The notes beneath the pieces are model-generated. The model made no database searches. It was not told where the DNA came from and saw only the letters and a list, made by a program, of their open reading frames with translations. Shown piece after piece: positions 1-8,689 of a DNA stretch of 64,000 nucleotides; the stretch's first letter is position 1; every line of letters starts with the position of its first letter. The translations under genes and the position numbers were made by a program. Source of the DNA: a virus; the IMG/VR virus record IMGVR_UViG_3300049740_002873, positions 1 to 64,000 of that record; one strand, 5' to 3'.

Positions 1-614
1 TTAGCGGTATAAGCCAAACCAGTGTGGCAGTTTTCGAAAGTCTTGTCAAGACATATGTACCCAAAATTCCTATCACCAACATGCTTGATTTCAGAAGCTG
101 GATCACTTGACCATATAAAATTTCTGAACTGGGTTAGGGTGCCATGACCCCAAAATTTTGTAAAATTTTGAAAGTCTCCTTGTCCGTGAATATAAAAACC
201 TGTAACAGGTTTATTATTCGCAACTTTTTCAAACATTAGTTGAGAGATTTTGTCTAGTGTAGATCCAGTAGGAACAGCTTGATCTTGAGCGATTCCATAT
301 GCGTCATGCTTTGAAGATTGTGGGAACGCAATTTTTCCTCCTTCAAAATTAGAGTCTGCTCCGTATCCTCCATGAACTTCAATATTTTTCATCGTAGCAT
401 CAGAATAAGTGTGCTCAAGTAGTATATTGTCTGTCGCACTTGCTACGGTCGTTAATTCTGTGTCGCTAGAACCATCACCCCAAACAATTTTTAAATTGAT
501 CGTACTTTCGTCGAAAAAACTGGCAGGGCAAAAAGGTATACCTATTTTGTAGCTATTGCTAGCGCTCGGCTTTACTCTGAGAGTAAAACTGTAAGATGCA
601 TCTGTAGTTGCCAT
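1..614 (-). CDS. Putative virion/surface protein with PKD-like motif (partial, runs off left edge)
   Basis: Not in ORF track. Manually translated open frame from ATG 614 (MATTDASYSFTLRVKP...KIVWGDGSS...LEHTYSD...) with no stop before base 1. WGDG...HTY is a PKD-like signature. GTGTA motif 9 nt upstream. Confidence 0.7.
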   Translation of the reverse strand, partial: MATTDASYSFTLRVKPSASNSYKIGIPFCPASFFDESTINLKIVWGDGSSDTELTTVASATDNILLEHTYSDATMKNIEVHGGYGADSNFEGGKIAFPQSSKHDAYGIAQDQAVPTGSTLDKISQLMFEKVANNKPVTGFYIHGQGDFQNFTKFWGHGTLTQFRNFIWSSDPASEIKHVGDRNFGYICLDKTFENCHTGLAYTA

Positions 615-656
615 ACTTATATATACACTATACGCCTAATCAATTCTTTTTTTATG

Positions 657-1250
657 CTAAAATTCGTAATCAAAATACTTTATATCATGTAAAAATTTTT
701 TATATACTATATCTTTAGTCTTTGATGTGTAGTAAGTTTGATAATTTTTATCTGTAGATTTGTTTTTGTGTTTAAGTTTTAATCTTTTTATGTTGATTGC
801 GTCACAAATATAATCAAAATCTTTCTGTATAGACTCAACCTTTCCGATATAGTTAAAATTTTGATCTTTTATATGCTTTTGGAAATATGGTTGTACATGT
901 GGTTTATTTAATTCTTCTGAATCTAGATTCAATACAAACTCCTCAAAAGAATGGTTTTGACAAAAATTAATCTGCTTCTCATCCCATTGAGAAAAATTGA
1001 AATCACAATTATTAGGTTGATTCTTCCAGAAACAATAGCTACTTACCACGCGACTCCAAGGATTCCTAACAAATGTAAACTTAAAAAAATGTTTAAATTT
1101 AGGATTTAACCTCAAGACTTCATCGAGAGAACAATGCCCGCAATTAATTACATTGCTAGAGGTAGTTTTTTCTGGAAGCGCATTTATGATTGAGCATCCC
1201 GCGCACTTCGGTATATGAATAAAAATAAACTGCCTACTAAGATCTATCAC
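657..1250 (-). CDS. Carbohydrate sulfotransferase (Sulfotransfer_2 family)
   Basis: FIFIHIPKCAGCSI (5'-PSB loop), FTFVRNPWSRVVSSY (3'-PB motif), YIGKVESIQKDF. Confidence 0.9.
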   Translation of the reverse strand: MIDLSRQFIFIHIPKCAGCSIINALPEKTTSSNVINCGHCSLDEVLRLNPKFKHFFKFTFVRNPWSRVVSSYCFWKNQPNNCDFNFSQWDEKQINFCQNHSFEEFVLNLDSEELNKPHVQPYFQKHIKDQNFNYIGKVESIQKDFDYICDAINIKRLKLKHKNKSTDKNYQTYYTSKTKDIVYKKFLHDIKYFDYEF

Positions 1251-2791
1251 AACTCATTTGGATTAATAATACTGTTTCCAAAGGTATGCTCTACATTCAT
1301 TTTAGCATGAAAAACATCAAGAGCTGTTGTTGTATATAAAGCGTCAATAGGAATGATGGTCTCTTCTTCTAGGTATTTTTTAATTTTTTTTGCAGAATTA
1401 GAATTGATTACTTGAAAATGAGTGCCTCCATATAATGCATGAACGGTGGGGCTTACTAATTTATAATCTGTCGAGATCTCATTGATGCGTTGATATATAT
1501 GCCTATGCATGTAAGTCTGAAAAGAATTTGACAGCGGATGACAATACTTTATCTTTTCTAAATTTATTGAGCTGCTCCATGTGCTTCGTAATATGTCCCA
1601 CTCTTCGCCTCTATCTAAAAGCTCCGAAAGCTTTTTGTTGGCTACTGCAAAATTTTGTTTATTGATCTTGCAATCGTCCTCTATAATCAGGATGTTTTGG
1701 TTTTGCTCATTCATATCTGCAATTTGACAAATTAATTTATAGTGCGATAGATAGCATCCTAGTGACCCCAGTTCATACTGTTCGGATTTTTCATACTCTC
1801 CTAGATAGCGAGCGCAATAAAAAAATTTTTGCCTTTTATGATATTCATGATACTCTTCAAGTTTGTCGCAAGATTGTGGATCTGGGCGTATTGCAGAAAA
1901 TCTTTCATATGGTAAATCAAGGAGATTTAATCTACTTTCTATTTCCGATTTTCTGTCAACACTTTCATCGAGATTGATGTAATAAATAAAGTCTATTTTT
2001 TTACTATTTACTGGTTCGATTAAATTTCTATTCTCGAACTTTTGACTGGATATAAGTTTGTTAATTTCTGCTTCGGCCATTTCTCCGAATATAGGAGACT
2101 TATCTGATCGACTTCTGAACGCCAACATGCCTTTTAGGTGGGGATATTCATTGCAGCATGGAACATGCTTGAATGATACTGTTTGATTCTGAGCGCAAAA
2201 TTTTATCAACTGACTTAATGTAATTGATATTTTAAATTTCTTTTTCCAAGTTTGGATTGGCTCATTGATAAACGCTTTATAGTTTGCTAATTTATTGAAT
2301 CCAAAATCAATCTCTGGTCGAATTTTAATAATGTTTCCGAGCCAAGAAAGATCCTCTGAGAGTTGTTTAATTTTTTTTGCACCTATTTTTGATATAAAAT
2401 ATGCAGAGGATAAATTTTTAAGATTAGAGATTGGAAATATATCGAGATTTTCATCAATATCTGGATTGCAGCTTAAAAATGAAATTATATCAGAGGGAAT
2501 AATAGAATCGTTTACTATTAAACATAAGTCGATGTTTTCTTTTATGATTTTAGACCATAAATTATAATGAGATAAGAATTCTTCTTTTAATTTTGGGGCT
2601 TGATAAAAAGCCAACTTGTTACTCAAGCTTACTGGATCTAGCTCGAAAGCATTACTTTCTAGTAAGTGTTGTTGTGGAATAATCTCTAGGCAAGAGCTCA
2701 CTTCTTCAGGCATAAGATTTAAGCAAGATTCAAACTTCACTCGTAAGCTCTCATCGTCTTGATGGCATATAAAAAAGATTTTAAAATTCAT
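1247..2791 (-). CDS. Glycosyltransferase family 25, tandem domains (N-terminal copy degenerate)
   Basis: C-half has YYINLDESVDRK, GSLGCYLSHYKL, LIIEDD, PIDAL. N-half has FLSHYNLWSKII...LIVND and AYFISKIGAKK. Confidence 0.85.
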   Translation of the reverse strand: MNFKIFFICHQDDESLRVKFESCLNLMPEEVSSCLEIIPQQHLLESNAFELDPVSLSNKLAFYQAPKLKEEFLSHYNLWSKIIKENIDLCLIVNDSIIPSDIISFLSCNPDIDENLDIFPISNLKNLSSAYFISKIGAKKIKQLSEDLSWLGNIIKIRPEIDFGFNKLANYKAFINEPIQTWKKKFKISITLSQLIKFCAQNQTVSFKHVPCCNEYPHLKGMLAFRSRSDKSPIFGEMAEAEINKLISSQKFENRNLIEPVNSKKIDFIYYINLDESVDRKSEIESRLNLLDLPYERFSAIRPDPQSCDKLEEYHEYHKRQKFFYCARYLGEYEKSEQYELGSLGCYLSHYKLICQIADMNEQNQNILIIEDDCKINKQNFAVANKKLSELLDRGEEWDILRSTWSSSINLEKIKYCHPLSNSFQTYMHRHIYQRINEISTDYKLVSPTVHALYGGTHFQVINSNSAKKIKKYLEEETIIPIDALYTTTALDVFHAKMNVEHTFGNSIINPNEL

Positions 2792-2800
2792 TATAATTAA

Positions 2801-2995
2801 TTATATCTCTTTAAGATATTCTCTCCAGAAAAAATAAAAAGCTTCTTCGTCGTCATTTTCGAGCGCAATTCTTAACTCTTCTTCGTATACAGCTTTCCAG
2901 TTTCTATCTCGATCTTTAAAAAAAGTATCTTGGGGCTGCGGAGATTTAATTACGCAGCCATTTAAAATAAGCAATATTAGTGACAAGACCCTCAC
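2801..2995 (-). CDS. Small lipoprotein
   Basis: MRVLSLILLILNG-C signal peptide II/lipobox. GTG start 9 nt after a GTGTA motif. Confidence 0.65.
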   Translation of the reverse strand: MRVLSLILLILNGCVIKSPQPQDTFFKDRDRNWKAVYEEELRIALENDDEEAFYFFWREYLKEI

Positions 2996-3078
2996 GGAAG
3001 GTATTACACAATCACCATTTGTATTTCTCTCTAATGCAAATAAAATAAAATACAGATAAAATCAAAAAAAGTAGCATA

Positions 3079-3600
3079 CTATATAGTACACTTTTCAATC
3101 AGTTTTAACGCTTCATCTTTATTTTTCCAGCCAAAAGTTTCTACATCTATATATTTGTGGTTGGATAGTCTTTTGTAATTGTTGAAGAAATTTTCACAAA
3201 GCTGCAGGAATAAATTATCTATATCGTCTAAGCTTGTATATTTTTTTATATGAGACTGAGGGATGGCTAAAATTTTATCGTCGACAAATCCATTGTCTAT
3301 CATTGATAGATATCCAAGAGGTCTACAATTTACAACAACGCCTCTATCAATTGGTATTCCATTATATATCAAGATATCGAGCGGATCTCCATCTTCAGCT
3401 TTAGTTTTTGGTATAAATCCATAGTTCGACGGGTATACCATGGGACTCAAGAGACATCTATCGTATTCAAAGTAACCTTGGCTTTCATTGAATTCGTATT
3501 TAACATTGGTGCCCTTTGGTATTTCCACCACTGCGTTAATATTAACTGGGAAATTTTTGGGATGAGATATATTAAACAAATTACAAGTCATATAATGCAT
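3079..3600 (-). CDS. ppa: Inorganic pyrophosphatase (family I); true start may be ATG 3591
   Basis: AVVEIPKG..VKYE, YPSNYGFIPKT, DGDPLDIL, DDKILA. Confidence 0.95.
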   Translation of the reverse strand: MHYMTCNLFNISHPKNFPVNINAVVEIPKGTNVKYEFNESQGYFEYDRCLLSPMVYPSNYGFIPKTKAEDGDPLDILIYNGIPIDRGVVVNCRPLGYLSMIDNGFVDDKILAIPQSHIKKYTSLDDIDNLFLQLCENFFNNYKRLSNHKYIDVETFGWKNKDEALKLIEKCTI

Positions 3601-3609
3601 ATTACACTA

Positions 3610-3783
3610 TTAATTTAAAATTTTTTTGACTTCTTTGAGGTATTTATCTACGTCAAACATTTCTGAATTTATCTTTTTGATATTGTTTTTATTTGGCTTA
3701 TTCACTGCTTTTAGTATCTCAGAAGCTAATTCATTTAATTCTTCGGCCAGCTTTAGAAAAATGTATTTATCTTCTTCTTTCAT
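3610..3783 (-). CDS. Small MazG-like (all-alpha NTP pyrophosphohydrolase) protein, 57 aa
   Basis: Below ORF-track cutoff. Manual translation MKEEDKYIFLKLAEELNELASEILKAVNKPNKNNIKKINSEMFDVDKYLKEVKKILN shows EExxE ... ExxD. Confidence 0.6.
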   Translation of the reverse strand: MKEEDKYIFLKLAEELNELASEILKAVNKPNKNNIKKINSEMFDVDKYLKEVKKILN

Positions 3784-3979
3784 TTAAGTCTATACCGTTA
3801 GCTTCACATATTGCTAATGAGTAACCAACTTTAAAGTTGAATTTCTCTGTAAAATAAATTAACCCTAAAATGACATAGGGTTCCCAGGTTAAAAAACTGA
3901 ATTTTGTGAAAACTAGGAACCCTATAATCAAGAAAGGGCAAAATTTATTAAGGGAGTAGTTAATTATTGTTCCGTTCAC
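3767..3979 (-). CDS. Small membrane protein
   Basis: Two hydrophobic segments. Likely GTG start at 3979 overlapping the upstream TGA (GTGA), rather than the track start 4045. Confidence 0.6.
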   Translation of the reverse strand: MNGTIINYSLNKFCPFLIIGFLVFTKFSFLTWEPYVILGLIYFTEKFNFKVGYSLAICEANGIDLNERRR

Positions 3980-4224
3980 GAAGCACGTGTTAGCGAAACA
4001 ATTCTGTCGTGACGAAAAGAGCGAAATTCTTGGCGACCAAAGCAAAAAGCTTTAAATCCAATATTGTTTCTTTCTTCTTCTTTGTTTCCAAAAGATTCTG
4101 TCAGTTGCGGGCGACCAATTTCATAAGTCTTAACTTCATCTTCTGCATTTTTGTATACTACAAAGTAACGTTGATCTTGATTTTTCATAACTTTATTTTT
4201 TAACTTTGATTTAATATTGAACAT
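3976..4224 (-). CDS. Stand-alone WYL-domain protein
   Basis: FVVYKNAEDEVKTYEI...KAFCFGRQEFRSFRHDRI matches the WYL pattern (A.C..R...RSFR.DRI). Confidence 0.75.
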   Translation of the reverse strand: MFNIKSKLKNKVMKNQDQRYFVVYKNAEDEVKTYEIGRPQLTESFGNKEEERNNIGFKAFCFGRQEFRSFRHDRIVSLTRAS

Positions 4225-4230
4225 GCTAGT

Positions 4231-4259
4231 ATTATCTCATAAATTTGATTTAATGTCAA
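4231..4259 (-). promoter_or_regulatory. Sigma70-type promoter, leaderless
   Basis: TTGACA-17nt-(TG.)GATAAT, 6 nt before ATG 4224. Confidence 0.8.
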
Positions 4260-4268
4260 GAATAAATT

Positions 4269-4697
4269 TTAAGAACCTGTGCTTCCAAAGGCTCCATCTG
4301 ATCTATCTGTGCAAGAAAGTTCTTGAACTTCTTCTATTTCAACGCTGGGTAATTTTACTAAAACTATTTGTCCAATCTTATCTCCTATTCTGTATTCTTT
4401 TTCGCCCAAAGCAGGAACGCTCATTCTGAGTTTTAATTCTCCTCTATACCCAGAATCGATAACGCCCACAGAGTTTCGTAAAAAATGATCTGTATTAGAA
4501 ATGCTAGATCTTGGGAATAACAACCCAACATAACCCATGGGCATTTCTAGAGCTAAATCTGTTCCATATTCGAAATACTTTCCTGTGCGAATTAATGTTG
4601 TTGCCACTAAATCCATCCCTGCGTCACCCTTTTTGGCGTAAAAGGGAACAGAGGCTTTTTGATTTAATTTTTTAAATTTAACTTTTATCTTTTCCAT
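4269..4697 (-). CDS. dut: dUTPase (trimeric)
   Basis: Motifs AGMDL, PRSS, GVIDSGYRGE, GQIV, R..GAFGSTG. Confidence 0.97.
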   Translation of the reverse strand: MEKIKVKFKKLNQKASVPFYAKKGDAGMDLVATTLIRTGKYFEYGTDLALEMPMGYVGLLFPRSSISNTDHFLRNSVGVIDSGYRGELKLRMSVPALGEKEYRIGDKIGQIVLVKLPSVEIEEVQELSCTDRSDGAFGSTGS

Positions 4698-4760
4698 TTT
4701 AATAATATTGTGTGTATGTTGTAAATTTTTTTGTCGAAAAATTTTTTTTGATATATCGGG

Positions 4761-5324
4761 TTATTTTATTCTGACCTCTTTCCACGAAATCATTTTTTTG
4801 TCAACCAAATCTTTTATCTGTCTTTGTCTTTGATTTAATTTTGCATTACCGCTTTTGACTTCAATAAAGGTGATTTCATTATCTCCAAAGGAAATATAAT
4901 CTATAGGCTTTCCGAGAAATGAACATTGTTCAGGGTCAAATTCAAACTGATCAAGAAATGGAGCAAGAGTTTCCGCTATATGACCCAACCTAACTTCTCC
5001 GCTCTTTTTTTGTGAAACTATTTTTTTTCGCTTTTCCGTTTCGTCGAAAAATTTTTCTTCGAGTTCTTTGATATTTTGGGCTTGAAAATTTAATCTTTCT
5101 TGAAAATCAGATCTCTCTTGTTGGCGAGAATCTTGCATCTCATTTATAATTTTTGTTAACCCATCTTCTCTTTCTTGCGTTTGATAGTTTTGCTCTTCTA
5201 TTTTTAATTTTAAAAATTCATTTTCATTTTTCAATGACTCCAAGTCTGGTTCTCGCTCATGTTTTTGAGAAAATAAAAAATAAATTAATATCAATACTGT
5301 TATTAGTAATGCACCTTCTATCAT
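4761..5324 (-). CDS. Membrane-anchored Holliday-junction-resolvase-like endonuclease (Endonuc_Holl-type)
   Basis: N-terminal TM helix, coiled coil, then GHIAETLAPF...FLGKPIDYISF...FIEVKSG..KL..RQRQIK (PD-(D/E)xK). Confidence 0.8.
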   Translation of the reverse strand: MIEGALLITVLILIYFLFSQKHEREPDLESLKNENEFLKLKIEEQNYQTQEREDGLTKIINEMQDSRQQERSDFQERLNFQAQNIKELEEKFFDETEKRKKIVSQKKSGEVRLGHIAETLAPFLDQFEFDPEQCSFLGKPIDYISFGDNEITFIEVKSGNAKLNQRQRQIKDLVDKKMISWKEVRIK

Positions 5325-5330
5325 TGTGAA

Positions 5331-5359
5331 ATTATAAAATTATATACTGCATTTATCAA
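5331..5359 (-). promoter_or_regulatory. Sigma70-type promoter, leaderless
   Basis: TTGATA-17nt-TATAAT, 6 nt before ATG 5324. Confidence 0.7.
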
Positions 5360-5807
5360 CTGTAATTCCGGCTTTTTCAAGCAGGTCAATACCTTCTGAA
5401 TTTTTATATAGCTCGCTATAAATCACTCTAGATATTCCAGACTGAATTATAAGTTTGGCGCAATCTAAACATGGAGACGCAGTGGTATACAGCGATGCGT
5501 CAATACTTGACTGAGTAGATTTTGCAAGTTTAGTGATAGCATTACTTTCTGCATGAAGCACTTCAGGCTTTGTTATAAGAGCGTTGGGTGGATGAGCGCT
5601 TAAGTCATTAGGCGATATAGATTCAGGCATAATGCTTGTTTCGCAGCAATTATCAAAGCCTTTCGGGGTACCGTTATAGCCATCAGAAATAACCATTCCA
5701 TCTTTAACTATCAAGCACCCTACTTTTTTTCTATTAGCTTTAGATAGCTGACTCCAAACCGAAGCCATTTTAAGATAGGTTGTGTCAATTAGGCTTTGCG
5801 TCGGCAT
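5340..5807 (-). CDS. dCMP deaminase
   Basis: VGCLIVKD..ISDGYNG, HAE, SPCLDC zinc motifs. Confidence 0.95.
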   Translation of the reverse strand: MPTQSLIDTTYLKMASVWSQLSKANRKKVGCLIVKDGMVISDGYNGTPKGFDNCCETSIMPESISPNDLSAHPPNALITKPEVLHAESNAITKLAKSTQSSIDASLYTTASPCLDCAKLIIQSGISRVIYSELYKNSEGIDLLEKAGITVDKCSI

Positions 5808-6291
5808 TTTTATTCCAGATTTGAAAAGACTTAAGTGACTTTATGTCTGAAACGTGTATTTGTGAAATTTGCTCATTACCGCCTTTTCTTTTGTAAATTC
5901 TATACTTAGCTTTCTTTGCTAGAGTAACATACGGTAAGTCATATCTAATTTTATTAGAAGCGCTAATCCAACAAAGTAATTCTTTTCTATTTACAAAAAT
6001 AAAATCGTTGGTTCTTTCAAAAACTAGAAAGTGTGCATCTCCATAAAGCCAGCCGTCTTTTCCTTCTGGATTTTTAAATTCTATCCAGAGCCAGTCTTGA
6101 TCTTGTTTTTTGTTTTTTACTTTTTTAAGATCGACTTTGATGTTGATTGCTTCACCATTTTTTTTCTTTCCTTTCAGTATGTGAGTTACGAATGCGCAAT
6201 TAGGTTCTTTTCTTTTCTTTTTTCTTGGAGTGTAGCCTTTTTTTTCCGCAATTTCCTCGAAAGGATTGTTTTTTTTCTCATTAACTGACAC
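5785..6291 (-). CDS. Putative PD-(D/E)xK-like endonuclease
   Basis: FEEIA...KVDLK...WLWIEFKN..GKDGWLYG pattern typical of small phage nucleases; catalytic motif partly degenerate. Confidence 0.5.
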   Translation of the reverse strand: MSVNEKKNNPFEEIAEKKGYTPRKKKRKEPNCAFVTHILKGKKKNGEAINIKVDLKKVKNKKQDQDWLWIEFKNPEGKDGWLYGDAHFLVFERTNDFIFVNRKELLCWISASNKIRYDLPYVTLAKKAKYRIYKRKGGNEQISQIHVSDIKSLKSFQIWNKNADAKPN

Positions 6292-6479
6292 TATCTTATT
6301 TTTTTAGGATTGTTTGTTGCAATAACTCTTACACGCTTTTGGTCTGGATCTTTCCATTTTTTTAAAACTTGTACCAATTGTTCTGCGCGAGCTTCTGCTT
6401 CGTTTTTATCTTCATAGTTTTTTTCTTCAATCCTTCTACCATTTCTGGTAACTACATATAGTTTGTTTGTTTCTTCCAT
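6291..6479 (-). CDS. Hypothetical protein
   Basis: Abuts both neighbours in a coupled operon. Confidence 0.65.
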   Translation of the reverse strand: MEETNKLYVVTRNGRRIEEKNYEDKNEAEARAEQLVQVLKKWKDPDQKRVRVIATNNPKKIR

Positions 6480-6480
6480 A

Positions 6481-7407
6481 TTATATTGATGCGATTAATG
6501 TTTTTCCTGAGTTTGTAATTTTTCTTTCTCCGTCGATTTGCATAAAGTTTTTCCTCAATAAATAAATTTCATGGTCTCTTCTTAAGCTTGTTGGGCTTAA
6601 GCCTGTGACTGCAGAGAGCGTTTGTAGCTTGCAGCTACCTCTTTCCGACAAAATTTCTAAAATTTGCTTTTCTGTACAAGTGATTCCGTGCGGAAGTATG
6701 CCCAAAAGATCTGTAAGATTTGAGTAGTCGTCTTTATTGAAACTGTTTTGATTTTCTGATTCGCAGTACAAAACAATTTCTTTAGAGCGCATAACCGCGT
6801 TTCTTGCATTACCTCGCACAGTTAATGATAGTTTTTCAAGAGCTTGTTTACTGAAATTTATTCCATCACAATTCATTTTTATAATGTCAGAAAGATTATC
6901 TGAAGAGTATGGCTCAAAATCTACGGTGCTGAGCCTGTCTTTAAGTGGCGGAAATAGCTTGTCACTCTCTGTAGTAGCAAAGATAAAAGTTTGCTTTGTG
7001 AAATCAAAAACAAATGTTTGATCGTCGTATACAAATTCTTTTGTATTTGTTTTTTCTGTATTAAAGATAGTCAAAAAAGCCATGGTCAAATCTTTTGGTA
7101 GAGCATGAGCTTCATCGAACAAAATGGTAATCTCATTGTTCATAATGATGGGAATAAAGATCTGCTCAAAAAACTGAGCATTGTTCTTGATTGTGGAGCA
7201 ATTTAATTCAAGAAAAGGTCTTTTGCTCCCGTCCTTATTGTTAAGATTCTTTGCGAATTCTTTCGCGAATAAAGTTTTGCCCAAACCTTTGGCTCCCACT
7301 AGATTAAGAAATGGGCAGACGCTTGTTGCATGATAAGCTTTAAGATAAAAGTTTAACTTTTTCTTGACGTTATCTTGACCTATGAGATGTGAAAAATAAT
7401 TATTCAT
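6481..7407 (-). CDS. ruvB: RuvB-like Holliday-junction branch-migration AAA+ ATPase
   Basis: IGQDNVK, Walker A GAKGLGKT, Walker B LFDEAH, FATT, PLKDRL (Arg finger), RGNAR (sensor 2), C-terminal winged helix E.YLL...RKIT..G. Confidence 0.85.
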   Translation of the reverse strand: MNNYFSHLIGQDNVKKKLNFYLKAYHATSVCPFLNLVGAKGLGKTLFAKEFAKNLNNKDGSKRPFLELNCSTIKNNAQFFEQIFIPIIMNNEITILFDEAHALPKDLTMAFLTIFNTEKTNTKEFVYDDQTFVFDFTKQTFIFATTESDKLFPPLKDRLSTVDFEPYSSDNLSDIIKMNCDGINFSKQALEKLSLTVRGNARNAVMRSKEIVLYCESENQNSFNKDDYSNLTDLLGILPHGITCTEKQILEILSERGSCKLQTLSAVTGLSPTSLRRDHEIYLLRKNFMQIDGERKITNSGKTLIASI

Positions 7408-7672
7408 TACGAAAAGATGTTATTGCATACTCGATCTTGTCTTCCACTGATTGCAGTTCAGAAAAATCATTAGAGACTTTTTTATTGGCAAGATAATTTG
7501 CATAAAGTCTGCCTTTGACCCAATCTTCACTAACAGGAATGCAGGATACTTCTTGCGAAGCAAGATCTAAGATCTCATCAATCGACAAGGAAACAATAGT
7601 TGAACCGCCTTTCTTGCCTGAATTACGGCGTTTGCGGGGAGTTCCATCTTTGTTTAATGATACTTTTTTCAT
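7400..7672 (-). CDS. Hypothetical protein with basic N-terminus
   Basis: KDGTPRKRRNSGKKG. First gene after the promoter at 7681-7709. Confidence 0.7.
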   Translation of the reverse strand: MKKVSLNKDGTPRKRRNSGKKGGSTIVSLSIDEILDLASQEVSCIPVSEDWVKGRLYANYLANKKVSNDFSELQSVEDKIEYAITSFRNE

Positions 7673-7680
7673 ATGACACT

Positions 7681-7709
7681 ATTATGCCATAATATAAGAC
7701 TTATGTCAA
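7681..7709 (-). promoter_or_regulatory. Sigma70-type promoter, near-leaderless
   Basis: TTGACA-17nt-(TG.)CATAAT, 8 nt before ATG 7672. Confidence 0.8.
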
Positions 7710-7921
7710 GATTTTTTAATGATTTTTTTAATTGCAAGAAGTTCTTTTCTGAGCTTGTCTATTTCTAGGTCTTGATCTTCCATTAACTCTTTTAAATTAC
7801 TAACTTCATTTAGGGCAAGTATTAATGCTTCGTCTGGCTCAAAAGTGATTGTCCCTTCTTCATCTTCTTCATCATCGTCGTCGTCATCATACTCATCATA
7901 TTCGTCATATTGATCTGTCAT
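7706..7921 (-). CDS. Very acidic small protein with C-terminal coiled coil
   Basis: MTDQYDEYDEYDDDDDDEEDEEG... followed by heptad-like C-terminus. Confidence 0.7.
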   Translation of the reverse strand: MTDQYDEYDEYDDDDDDEEDEEGTITFEPDEALILALNEVSNLKELMEDQDLEIDKLRKELLAIKKIIKKS

Positions 7922-7935
7922 AATTATTTATTATA

Positions 7936-8121
7936 TTACTTTTTGTATCTTTTTATACCCCACCAGCATTTTCTTAGTAAATACTTTAATTTTGCTGCAG
8001 AGTACCATTCGTGATCATTCTCTAGTTGTTTAATTTTCTTCTCTGTATCTCTAAATTTTTTTGAAGTTTTTGATCTTTGCGAGTAAGGTAGCTTCCAAGG
8101 TTCTCTTTTTTCTTGTCTCAT
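7936..8121 (-). CDS. Basic hypothetical protein
   Basis: Co-oriented ORF starting 1 nt after the upstream stop. Confidence 0.6.
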   Translation of the reverse strand: MRQEKREPWKLPYSQRSKTSKKFRDTEKKIKQLENDHEWYSAAKLKYLLRKCWWGIKRYKK

Positions 8122-8122
8122 A

Positions 8123-8575
8123 TTACTTGATGTCTTTTATATTTGAATGGTCTATGTCAGTATAATACCAGAAATTTTTTATAAGATCAATATCTCTGAG
8201 TAATAAATTCCATATCTGGCATGAAAATGTTTCTTGCGAAGTCCAATCCATGACGTTTTGGATCATATAAACGTGTTGAATGTCGTCATAAGATCCAAAA
8301 TCATAAAATAAACATTCAAGCTCTAATCTTTTTTTATTGATTAATCTACAAGAAAGTTTTGGTTTAAATTTTTGGAAGCCTCCAATTAGAATCTCAAAAA
8401 AATCTAATGAATAAGAAGAGTTTTTTGTGAAAGGTATTTTATCTAGCTCACTGCCATTTGGGCATACTCCTGATAATAAAACATTGTCAACAAAACAGTC
8501 ATGAAATTGATCTAGCCTGTCGTAAAATTCTACCTTAGCTAGGTCTTTAAAAATTATTTTTTCTATATTTTGCAC
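8123..8575 (-). CDS. Hypothetical protein
   Basis: 150-aa ORF with GTG start; no recognised motif. Confidence 0.65.
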   Translation of the reverse strand: MQNIEKIIFKDLAKVEFYDRLDQFHDCFVDNVLLSGVCPNGSELDKIPFTKNSSYSLDFFEILIGGFQKFKPKLSCRLINKKRLELECLFYDFGSYDDIQHVYMIQNVMDWTSQETFSCQIWNLLLRDIDLIKNFWYYTDIDHSNIKDIK

Positions 8576-8689
8576 GCCTTAATCTTTTGTTTAAAACGCT
8601 CAAGTTATTTTTGCAGAATTTTATTTCTGCGCTTGCTTTTTTGATTTGTTTTTTTAGTTTTTTTAATTTTAGATTTTTTGTCATAAGAT

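Noticed and set aside
8601-8684. 27-codon Lys-rich minus-strand ORF right after the tmRNA
   Set aside because: Too short and low-complexity to support.
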